This document shows, one piece after another, positions 18,035 through 26,016 of a stretch of DNA of 64,000 nt. Every line of letters starts with the position of its first letter. The first letter of the stretch is position 1. The notes beneath the pieces were generated by a model. It saw only the letters and a list, made by a program, of their open reading frames with translations, had not been told where the DNA came from and searched no databases. The translations under genes and the position numbers were made by a program. Source of the DNA: Acidobacteriota bacterium (GTDB lineage Bacteria > Acidobacteriota > UBA6911 > RPQK01 > DATIPO01); NCBI GenBank assembly GCA_035471925.1, contig DATIPO010000206.1, positions 28,002-92,001 on the forward strand, in the 5' to 3' direction.

Positions 18035-19600
18035 TTACAAGTCGGCCACGTAGGCGTCGTGCTCTTCCTTTTCGCGTCCGGTCAGTTGGCCGTCGCCGTC
18101 GGCGTCAAAGCGCTGAAGGAGGAAGCGCTGGAAGGCCTCACGCGTCTCAGCCGAGTTGGAGAAGCGCTCGAACTGGCGGTCCCACTCGGCGTCGATGGCG
18201 GCTTGCAGTTCCTCGAAATCGCCGCTGCGTGAGGGCGTGACCATCAGGCTGACGCTCCCCATCTCGTCGAAACTGTAGGGCCCCCACGTGACCCTGCGGG
18301 GCGGGTAGTGGGGGTTGGAGGGGTTGTCCGCCGAGTTGTCGTAATGAATCTCGGCCTCCACGCGGGTTCCAGCGGGCAGGGGAAGCATGTTGCAGTAGTG
18401 GTACTGTTCCTGCCACCCGAATTCCCAATCGGGGATCCACAGCAGCTTGATGCGCTCTCCCGAGGGCAGGACGGCCCAGGCTTTGAATTCCTTGCCCAGA
18501 TAGTGGGCGTGACCGTTGATGGCGAAGGCTTCCACGTCGACGGGCAGAGTGAAGCTGTCGCGGATGACGAAATCGTTCTCTCCTGGCGCGATGTCGAGGC
18601 CCGCCATGAGTCCGAAATAGGGCGGAACCATGACCTCGGCGAAGCGCCGCTGCGGCGGTTGATCGGCGAAGTACAGTCCCAGCTTGGAGCGCTCGACTTC
18701 AGGTTTGCCGCTGGGGTGGAAGTGAATCTGCAGCACGATGTCGGAGCCGGCTTCGAGTTTCCAGGCCAGTCCCTCAGGCAGGACGTTGGGATTGGCTCCG
18801 GGCGCCCATCCGGCCAGGAAGCGCGCCCGAAAGTCGGCGTCCGCCATGCTTGCGAATCCGACGCCTTCCTCGCGGTCTTCGAAACGGCGGGCCTGGCCCT
18901 CCACGTCCAGGAAGTAGTCGGCATGATGCACGACTGCGCGGGCTCCCGGACGAAACTCCACGGCCCTGATGTAGCGGTCCTGGGTCAGCCCGGTGGGCAG
19001 GACGAAATGGCGGTAGATGTCGGGTCCGTCCTCGGTCACCGGGTAGCCCTTCTCCATTTCCAAGACCAAGTCGGGCGGACCCAGTTTCCATCCCGGGGTA
19101 AAGCGTGGCGGCTCGGGAGCCTGAGATAGATCTCCCGCCGGTGCCCCAGCCTCGGCCCATCGCCAGAGGATTTCGATTTCCCGCCGACTGAGCCGCCGCT
19201 CATGCTTGAACTCGCCCCAGCCTTGGGCCGCCTGCCAGGGCGGCATGTAGCCCATGTCCGTCACGTCGGCGATCTGAAGAGCTCTCTTGCTGGCCTGATC
19301 ATAGGTCAGGAAAGGAAAAGGCGCCGCCTCGCCCGGACGGTGGCAGGAGGTACAGTTCTCATAGAGAATGGAAGCCACTTGGCCGCTGAAAGTGGGTGCG
19401 CCCGAGGCTTGCGGCGGAAGGTCACCGGTGCCTTGCGGTTGGTCTGTTCCCGGATCGTCTTCGAGGACGGAGAGAGGCTGGCAGGCACCCATCAAGATGC
19501 CCAGCAGCAACACTCCGCCCAGCTTGGCTGGTAGGAAGAATCGCGCTTTCAAGTTGTGGTGTTCCCCGTTGTGCAGCAATGTGCCCGTGTCGACTCCCAA
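18035..19600 (-). CDS. secreted CXXCH heme-binding (PSCyt1-like) + copper type II ascorbate-dependent monooxygenase-like (PHM/DBH-like) fusion protein with C-terminal EF-hand-like motif
   Basis: N-terminal signal/TM; CTSCH heme-binding motif in a PSCyt1-like context (ENCTSCHRPGEAAPFPFLTYDQ). His clusters VVHHADYF, IHFHPSG, NGHAHYLG and a downstream Met (YHYCNM) match the CuH/CuM ligand pattern of PHM/DBH. C-terminus DADGDGQLTGREKEE resembles an EF-hand loop. Confidence 0.55.
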   Translation of the reverse strand: MGVDTGTLLHNGEHHNLKARFFLPAKLGGVLLLGILMGACQPLSVLEDDPGTDQPQGTGDLPPQASGAPTFSGQVASILYENCTSCHRPGEAAPFPFLTYDQASKRALQIADVTDMGYMPPWQAAQGWGEFKHERRLSRREIEILWRWAEAGAPAGDLSQAPEPPRFTPGWKLGPPDLVLEMEKGYPVTEDGPDIYRHFVLPTGLTQDRYIRAVEFRPGARAVVHHADYFLDVEGQARRFEDREEGVGFASMADADFRARFLAGWAPGANPNVLPEGLAWKLEAGSDIVLQIHFHPSGKPEVERSKLGLYFADQPPQRRFAEVMVPPYFGLMAGLDIAPGENDFVIRDSFTLPVDVEAFAINGHAHYLGKEFKAWAVLPSGERIKLLWIPDWEFGWQEQYHYCNMLPLPAGTRVEAEIHYDNSADNPSNPHYPPRRVTWGPYSFDEMGSVSLMVTPSRSGDFEELQAAIDAEWDRQFERFSNSAETREAFQRFLLQRFDADGDGQLTGREKEEHDAYVADL

Positions 19601-19898
19601 TGCATGCTAGCAAAGCAATAGGGCTCCTATCAACCGAAAAAGCAACACATTATGTGAATTTGGCATGACTGATATTCCTGCCTTTTGGTCAGAGGACATC
19701 AATCCGTCACTCCAGGCACACTTTCCCGTAGCCACCCTTCGGCCATTCTTCAAGGATTATTCAAACGGATGAGGACGGGGCCGGCGGAACGCTGAGCCGT
19801 CTGCAAGGGCAATACAGTCTTCGCAAGAGGGAGGCGCGGGCATGGCGCGGCGGGCCCGCGCCCGCCGCTAGTCTTCTCGGGTCATCGGATCCCAAACG

Positions 19899-20474
19899 TC
19901 ATTGTTTCTTGAAGTGGGCCTTCATGGACTCGAACCAAGTGCTGCCGCCGTCCATGGACATTTCCATCACCCAGTTGAACTCGGTATCGCTGACCTTGGT
20001 TGTGGTGTCGCGGGTGTGGAAGGTCATGCCCATGTATTCATCTTCACCTTTAAAGACTAGCTTGTCGCCCTCGAAGCCGCCGGTGGACATGGTTTGCCGG
20101 CCTTCCAGATTGTCGACCCAGGTGCTTTGCCATTGACTGGTTTGGCGATTGTAGGTGTAGGTGGCGCGTCCCTCGAAGTCCATTTCCTGCATCTGCCCGC
20201 TGGGATCAGGAAGCTTCATCACGCCAGACCAGTGATGCACTTGAGCGCAGCCGTCCAGCATGTTCTCGACCTTCATGGTGACGGAGTTGGAAACCCACTC
20301 CTGAGACGGATCTTGACGCATCTGAAAATCGGCCGTCCAAGTGCCGACCATGTAGTCGATTTTCTTCATCTCTTTGGGTGCTCCAAACTCCGGCATTTCC
20401 TGCCAGGACCAGCCCCAAACCGGCAAGAGACAGCAACAAAGCACTATCACGAGAAGCCATTGCGATTTCTTCAT
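19899..20474 (-). CDS. DUF1579-like secreted protein
   Basis: ORF 19899..20564. Likely start MKKSQWLLVIVLCCCLL (signal peptide). Trp/Met-rich ~160-aa mature domain with GTWT motif. Confidence 0.45.
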   Translation of the reverse strand: MKKSQWLLVIVLCCCLLPVWGWSWQEMPEFGAPKEMKKIDYMVGTWTADFQMRQDPSQEWVSNSVTMKVENMLDGCAQVHHWSGVMKLPDPSGQMQEMDFEGRATYTYNRQTSQWQSTWVDNLEGRQTMSTGGFEGDKLVFKGEDEYMGMTFHTRDTTTKVSDTEFNWVMEMSMDGGSTWFESMKAHFKKQ

Positions 20475-20636
20475 GACTCGTTCTCCTAAGGGTTTTTCAA
20501 AGTGGATCGGCCGCAAGAGCGGCCATGATTCCTTCACGATACTCCCCCAGAGGACAGAAAACAAGATTCCAGCGGGTGTGCTTTCGGTGAAATTCCTGCA
20601 CTAAGGGAGAGGAAGGGCAGATCGCCGGGGATATCT

Positions 20637-21164
20637 TTAGAAGAAGTAAGCCAGCAATAGGGAGGCTGCCAGCATGAGGGCCGAATAGACGTTGGCCCAG
20701 ATCCTGGAAGTCCGGGTCGGATCCTGTCCGCTCAAGAGCGAGGCATCAAAACTGCCGTGGGGAATCCCCATTTCGCTCAATTTGGACATCAGCTTGGTTT
20801 GGTCGGTATCGGAGAGGCTGTCGAGTTCGATCCAGTAAATGCCTTTCTTCTTCCTTTGCAGGGCGATGCGGCGGTCGACTTTCTGCCAGCCGGCTAGATC
20901 TTTCACCTTGATGCTTTTCCACTCATCGCCTTCGTCAATCTGGATTACGGAGGGAAAGACCGTCAGATAGTGGTGTGTCCAGCGTTGCCAGAGGATGGCT
21001 AACCCGATGGCGGTGGGGAACACGTAGGCAACCCAGCCCGCGTTGTAGAAGTAGATCATCGCCCAAGTGGTTACGACAATGTAAGCCAGCAGGCGCAAAG
21101 AATAGGCTGCGCTGGTCCGGTAACGGAAGATCGTCCGATACTTATCAAGATCGACCATTGTCAA
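20637..21164 (-). CDS. hypothetical membrane protein (2 TM + cytoplasmic domain)
   Basis: 175 aa with a TTG start. Noticeably lower GC than the surroundings. Two N-terminal TM helices and one C-terminal TM helix. Confidence 0.4.
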   Translation of the reverse strand: MTMVDLDKYRTIFRYRTSAAYSLRLLAYIVVTTWAMIYFYNAGWVAYVFPTAIGLAILWQRWTHHYLTVFPSVIQIDEGDEWKSIKVKDLAGWQKVDRRIALQRKKKGIYWIELDSLSDTDQTKLMSKLSEMGIPHGSFDASLLSGQDPTRTSRIWANVYSALMLAASLLLAYFF

Positions 21165-21214
21165 AGATTTTAGCAGAGGATCAGTAAGCCCGCTTGAGGA
21201 TCATGGAAACTGCT

Positions 21215-22459
21215 CTAAGAGGGCCAGAGGACGATTAGAAGAGCGCCCCCGACCAGGGCGAGGCCGAAGAGCAGCGCGATGCGGCGGCGCAGGCGGGCTT
21301 TGGAGAGCGCCGCCACAGCTCCGAACTTGAAGAGCAGGTTGGCCATCGAGGCCACCAAGATGACGCGCCATCCTGTGGAGGCCTCGACTCGTCCGGCTTT
21401 GACCATCTGGGCCGTGGAAAGGGTGATGGCGTCCATGTCAGTCAGTCCTGAGATGCCAGCTACGACATAGAGTGCACCTTCGCCGAAGTAGGTCTTGGAG
21501 GCGGCGACGGCCAGAAGGATCAGGGCGTAAAGGAATCCGAAGATGATGGCGGTGCCGATCTGGGCGGGATCGCCTTCCTGCTCGGCGCTCTGGCCGGCTT
21601 GTCTGCGAAGGCGGAAAAGCAGCGGCGAGGTGATGAGCGCCATGATGGCGATCATGGCGGCCAGCGGTCCGGCCACATGGGGGAAGACGTCGGGGGCCAC
21701 CAGCGCCACCTCGAAGAGGACGCGTCCGAAAACCACCGTGGACGCGATCATGATGACGGCGGCCGCCACCTTGGCGCTGCTGTCGGAGTCACGGCTGCGG
21801 CGGGCGTAGGAGACGGTAGTGGCGGTCGAGGAGATGAGTCCGCCCAGAGCGCCGGTCAGCAGGGTCCCGGTGCGGGCGCCAAGCAAGCGGTAGGCCATGT
21901 AGGCGGCCACCGAGATGCCCACGATGAGCACCACCATCAGCCAGATTTCGAAGGGATTCAGGACCTGGAAGGGTCCATAGTGGCGGTTGGGCAGGACGGG
22001 CAGAATCACCAAGGCCAGCAGGGTGACGTTCATGACGGCGCGGAATTCGCGGTCGCCGATGCGCTCCACGGCCTTGTGCAGGGGACCCTTCCAGTAGAGC
22101 AGGACGGTGACCAGCCCGCCCACGGCCAGCGCCAGGGGCGTGAAGCCGATTTGCAGGGCCGCTCCCACGCCGAACATGACCAGTGCCGCCAGTTCGGTGG
22201 TGATTCCGGGGGTAGACTCGTCCTTCGCCACCCGGGCGGCGTTGCCGACGCCGATCATGGCCGCCAGGGCCAGCCAGGCTGAAGCCAACACCCATCCCCC
22301 GAAACTCTGGGAGAGATGGGCGGCCAGCGTCCCCAGCACAGTGATGAGGGCGAAGGTCCGCACCCCGGCCACTTCGTTCTTGGACCGCTCGCGCTGCATG
22401 CCCACCAGGAGGCCTAATGCCAGGGCTACGGCATAGGGAATGAACTCGGTGATCTGCAT
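21215..22459 (-). CDS. MgtC/SapB family + DUF4010 membrane protein
   Basis: ORF 21215..22681. Start at the internal Met (MQITEFIPYAVALALGLLVGMQRE, MgtC N-terminal signature). Multi-TM C-terminal DUF4010-like region. Confidence 0.7.
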   Translation of the reverse strand: MQITEFIPYAVALALGLLVGMQRERSKNEVAGVRTFALITVLGTLAAHLSQSFGGWVLASAWLALAAMIGVGNAARVAKDESTPGITTELAALVMFGVGAALQIGFTPLALAVGGLVTVLLYWKGPLHKAVERIGDREFRAVMNVTLLALVILPVLPNRHYGPFQVLNPFEIWLMVVLIVGISVAAYMAYRLLGARTGTLLTGALGGLISSTATTVSYARRSRDSDSSAKVAAAVIMIASTVVFGRVLFEVALVAPDVFPHVAGPLAAMIAIMALITSPLLFRLRRQAGQSAEQEGDPAQIGTAIIFGFLYALILLAVAASKTYFGEGALYVVAGISGLTDMDAITLSTAQMVKAGRVEASTGWRVILVASMANLLFKFGAVAALSKARLRRRIALLFGLALVGGALLIVLWPS

Positions 22460-22716
22460 GGACCTTGCGCCTCCACCCTTTAGGATGGGTCTTCCCCGAC
22501 AGCAACGCAAGCCGGGAATTCCTTTTTTGCCGAAGGCAGGCCGCGACTGTATTTGCCGGCGAGTCTGGGCGAGCTGAAAGCCAGCCATTCGCCAACCAGG
22601 GTAGAGCGAGGCGCGTTGCTCTTCCTCGACGCAGCTTCGACAGTGCCTTCGTCGGCGCGCCTTGATCCCGACCGCAATCACTCCCCATAAGCCACAATCT
22701 CAAGGCTGACAAGCCA

Positions 22717-25491
22717 CTAGGTGGCTCTGAGCGAGACAGCCGGGTCGACGCGCGCTGCACGGCGGGCGGGCAGGAACGTAGCAGCCGCGGCCACGGCCAG
22801 CATCAGCAGGGCTACAGAGCCGAAGACCGTCAGGTCAAAGGGCTGCACCGAATAGAGCTGGCTGGCCAGCCAGCGGGAGAGCCAGAATGAGGCGGCCAGT
22901 CCCAGCAGGATGCCCAGCCCTGAAGGGCCTATCCCCGACCGCAGGACGAGCCCATAGATGTGCCGTCGGCGGGCCCCCAGCGCCGAGCGGACGGCGATTT
23001 CATAGACCTTGCGTCCGATGGTGAAGGAGAGCACGCTGTAGACGCCCGCCAGCGCGATGATCAACGCCACCGCAGCCGAGAGTCCCATCATCAGCGTCTT
23101 GAAGCGCTGGTCGGCGATGGAGAGCTGAACGACTTCCGACATGACGCTGACTTGCGCTAGGGGCTGGCGCGGGTCGATGGCCAGGACACGCTGGCGCAGG
23201 ACGTTGCTTAGCCCCTCCGGATCGACGTCGGCTGACAGCACCAAGTGCATGTCGACGCCGCCCTGCATGGAGAGCGGCATGTAAAACTCAGGCCGGGGGT
23301 CCAACTGCAAGCCCACGTTGCGGACGTCGGCCACCATGCCCACGATGGGCAGCCAATCTTCGGGCGGCGTGCTGCGGTTGGCGGCGATGTGGCCTCCCAC
23401 CGGATTCTGGCCCTGGAGGAAATGGCGGGCGAAGGCTTGGTTGACCAGCACGGCCCGTGTCGACTCCTCCGGCTCCAACAGGCGTCCCGCCAGCAGCTCC
23501 ACTCCCACGGCCTGAAAGTACTGGCCTCCCACCACCCGCAGTTCGGTGGGCAGGTTGCCTTCGGTCCACTGGCCCTCCGGATCGATGAGGTGGACGCGGC
23601 TGCTGACGCCCCACTGCCGGACGGGAAGCAGGCTGATCAGGCCGGCTTGGCGCACTCCGGGAATGGATTCGGCTTCCTCCAGCAGACGGCGGTAGAATTC
23701 GAGCCGTTCCGGCTCTTCGTCGTAGTCGGGTCCGTTGAGCGGCAGGGCTGCGGTGAGGACGGATTGGGTTTCCAGCCCAGGGTCGACTTGGGTCAGCCTC
23801 AGATAGCTCTTGGCCAGCAGTCCGCCGGCTGTCAGCACCACCACGGCCAGCGCCACTTCCAGGACCACGAGTCCGGGACGCAGCCAGTCCCGCGCCAGTC
23901 CCTCGCCCTGACCGCCGCGCCGCTGGCTGAGAGCTGACCCGGGTTGAGCGCGGCTGGCCCGCAGGGCGGGCAGCAGGCTGGCCGCCAGAGCCGTGGCCAG
24001 AGAGACGAAGAGTGAAAAGCCCAGCACGGGAAGGCTCAACCGCCCCGCCTGCTCTGCCGTCATCCCGCTGCCCGGAAGGCGCGTCAGGTATGGGGTTAGC
24101 CAAAGGCAGAGCAGGACGCCCAGCGTCCCTCCAGCCAGAGCCAGGATCATTCCTTCCAGGGTCATAAGCCGGAAGAGCTGTCCCCGGCTGGCCCCCAGTG
24201 CCGCCCGGATCGCCAGCTCCGAACGCCGGCGGATGCCCCGGGCCAGCAGCAGGTTGGCCACGTTGGCGCAGCCGATGAGAAGGATCAGGCCCACGGCGGC
24301 CCACAGCGTCCGCAGCCCGTCGCGGCTATGGGCCACCAGCGCTGCATGGAGCGGCCGGATGAGCACTCCCCGCTCCCCGAAGGGATGAGGCTCTTCCTCC
24401 TCGATGCGTTTCGCGATGGCCAGTATCTGCTGGTCGGCCTGCTCGAGGGTGACGCCGGGTTCGAGGCGGGCGATGGCGTTGAGCCAGTGACTGTTGCGGC
24501 GGGCGTCCTCAGGCATGCTCAGCGGTTTGTAGATCTCGGTCCGGGAGCGCGGCGGCCAGCGGAACTCGGGTGCCGTCACGCCCACGATTTCGTAAGGCTC
24601 CCCGTCGAGGCGCAGTGTTTCCCCCAGAACGCTCTCACGTCCGCCGTAGAGGCGTTGCCAGAGTCCGTGGCTGAGCAGCACAACCTTGTCCCTGCCGGGC
24701 TGGCCTTCATCGGGCCGGAAGAAGCGTCCCAGCAGAGGCTCGATTCGCAGCACTCCGGCTATCTCAGGTTCCATGCGGATGCCCTGCAAGACCTCCGGCC
24801 GCCCCTCCAGGCTGAGGTTGTACTTTTCCGGAAAGGTGTAGCCCGCCAACCCTTCGAAGACGTCGCTTTGCTCTCTCCAGTCAATCAGGTTAGGAGCCGA
24901 GAGGGCCCATCCTGAGTGGGGACCGGCCTTCTCCCACAGCCGCACGAGGCGCTCAGCCTCGGGTAGATCGAGAGGCTTGAGCAGCAGCGGATGGACGATG
25001 CTGAACACGGCGGTATTGGCTCCGATGGCCAAGGTCAGGGAGAGCAGAGCGAAGGTGGCCAGGACGGGTTCGCGCAGCAGTCCCCGGAGCGCCAGGGAGA
25101 GGTCTTTGATGAAGGTCATGGTCCATTCCTTGAGTGTCGACAGCTTCGGGTCTGATTGGGATGTGCGCCATTTGGCGCGCCGGCGCAACAGCATGCTGAG
25201 CCGAAACAGGGAGGGAGACAGGGCTTCTTTCCAGTAGCGGAAACGGGCCCGACGCAGGCCGTGCTTGGCCACCCTGCGTCGGAAGGCCGCGTTTAGGTCA
25301 GCCAGAAAACCGGCACCTTCTTCAGGCATCACAAAGCGGACCAGCAGGCGTGCCAGGCGCGGCGGATCGGCGTTCTTCTCGTGGGCCGTCGAATCGCTGC
25401 CCCTATCGTCCCCGCTCGTCTCAGACAACGGCGAAATGTCTTGCAGGCCCCGCTCCGCTTCCTTGGCCGGGTGCCGAGGTGTATCGCTCAT
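22717..25491 (-). CDS. ADOP-family ABC transporter permease (duplicated FtsX/MacB-like domains with N-terminal prefix domain)
   Basis: 924 aa. Two FtsX-like 4-TM modules separated by large periplasmic domains. N-terminal permease-prefix segment. 4-nt overlap with the upstream PadR gene, the classic PadR-ADOP pair. Confidence 0.8.
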   Translation of the reverse strand: MSDTPRHPAKEAERGLQDISPLSETSGDDRGSDSTAHEKNADPPRLARLLVRFVMPEEGAGFLADLNAAFRRRVAKHGLRRARFRYWKEALSPSLFRLSMLLRRRAKWRTSQSDPKLSTLKEWTMTFIKDLSLALRGLLREPVLATFALLSLTLAIGANTAVFSIVHPLLLKPLDLPEAERLVRLWEKAGPHSGWALSAPNLIDWREQSDVFEGLAGYTFPEKYNLSLEGRPEVLQGIRMEPEIAGVLRIEPLLGRFFRPDEGQPGRDKVVLLSHGLWQRLYGGRESVLGETLRLDGEPYEIVGVTAPEFRWPPRSRTEIYKPLSMPEDARRNSHWLNAIARLEPGVTLEQADQQILAIAKRIEEEEPHPFGERGVLIRPLHAALVAHSRDGLRTLWAAVGLILLIGCANVANLLLARGIRRRSELAIRAALGASRGQLFRLMTLEGMILALAGGTLGVLLCLWLTPYLTRLPGSGMTAEQAGRLSLPVLGFSLFVSLATALAASLLPALRASRAQPGSALSQRRGGQGEGLARDWLRPGLVVLEVALAVVVLTAGGLLAKSYLRLTQVDPGLETQSVLTAALPLNGPDYDEEPERLEFYRRLLEEAESIPGVRQAGLISLLPVRQWGVSSRVHLIDPEGQWTEGNLPTELRVVGGQYFQAVGVELLAGRLLEPEESTRAVLVNQAFARHFLQGQNPVGGHIAANRSTPPEDWLPIVGMVADVRNVGLQLDPRPEFYMPLSMQGGVDMHLVLSADVDPEGLSNVLRQRVLAIDPRQPLAQVSVMSEVVQLSIADQRFKTLMMGLSAAVALIIALAGVYSVLSFTIGRKVYEIAVRSALGARRRHIYGLVLRSGIGPSGLGILLGLAASFWLSRWLASQLYSVQPFDLTVFGSVALLMLAVAAAATFLPARRAARVDPAVSLRAT

Positions 25492-25811
25492 GGGGTCTCC
25501 TCAAGCCCTTCCCAGAGCGCATTGAGGGCTTGTTTCTCCCGGCGCAGGGCGGTTTTGCCCTGGGGGAGCAGGCGGAAGATCCTCCGGGCCTTGCCGCCAC
25601 GCACGGGTTGCGGCGAACCCATGTGCGAGGAGACGTGACCTTTGTCTTCCAGCCGCAGCAGTGTGTAGTGGATGGCGCTGAGCGAGAGCTGGAGCCCGAT
25701 GCAGTCTTCGAGTTCGGCCTGCACCTCGGCCCCCGCCGCATCTTCGCCCAGGCGCCAGAGGGCGAGAAGAAGCCTTTGCTCCGTCTCTCCAAGCGTGACT
25801 CTCTTCACCAT
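25488..25811 (-). CDS. PadR family transcriptional regulator
   Basis: ORF 25488..25874. Start at MVKRVTLGETEQRLLLAL…; winged-HTH PadR motif (IHYTLLRLEDKGHV). Confidence 0.8.
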   Translation of the reverse strand: MVKRVTLGETEQRLLLALWRLGEDAAGAEVQAELEDCIGLQLSLSAIHYTLLRLEDKGHVSSHMGSPQPVRGGKARRIFRLLPQGKTALRREKQALNALWEGLEETP

Positions 25812-25845
25812 GATCTGATCTCCCGCCCTTATTTCTAAATTCCAG

Positions 25846-25874
25846 ATTATATAAGCTGGACGGGCGTCCGGCAA
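25846..25874 (-). promoter_or_regulatory. sigma70-like promoter for padR (-35 TTGCCG, 17-nt spacer, -10 TATAAT) with overlapping inverted repeat TCCAG-N10-CTGGA
   Basis: On the minus strand, TTGCCG (25874..25869) - 17 nt - TATAAT (25851..25846). ~34 nt to the ATG at 25811. The palindrome spanning the -10 is a candidate autoregulatory operator. Confidence 0.5.
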
Positions 25875-26016
25875 GGTCTTTTTTGCTGCACCCTGGATTT
25901 GCGAATTGCTCCCTTACAGCAAGCCTGGACTTGACATCCACCGCCAGCGCGTACCTGCCCTCCGCAGCCTCGCCGAAGGGGGCGTATGGCTGGGGAGCGA
26001 CCGTGTTGCGTTCTGA

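Noticed and set aside
17700-18040. Full-length RNase P RNA gene (rnpB)
   Set aside because: A CR-I-like 15-mer (GGAAAGTCCGGGCTC) and a CR-V-like string are present, but they lie only ~150 nt apart, CR-II/CR-III are absent, and the core is duplicated at 36.6 kb. An intact type-A rnpB is not supported; kept as a repeat/sRNA finding.
19820-19860. GC-rich hairpin (GGCGCGG-GCCCG-CCGCGCC) downstream of the DUF1579-like gene as an intrinsic terminator
   Set aside because: A stable 7-bp stem but no following U-tract on the transcribed strand, so it is not a convincing Rho-independent terminator.
23288-24304. 338-aa minus ORF and several 200-330-aa ORFs (21789..22760, 23245..23937, 24328..24915) overlapping the ADOP permease / MgtC genes
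   Set aside because: Alternative-frame or antisense ORFs with Arg/Pro/Gly-rich composition. The real genes have clear family signatures.
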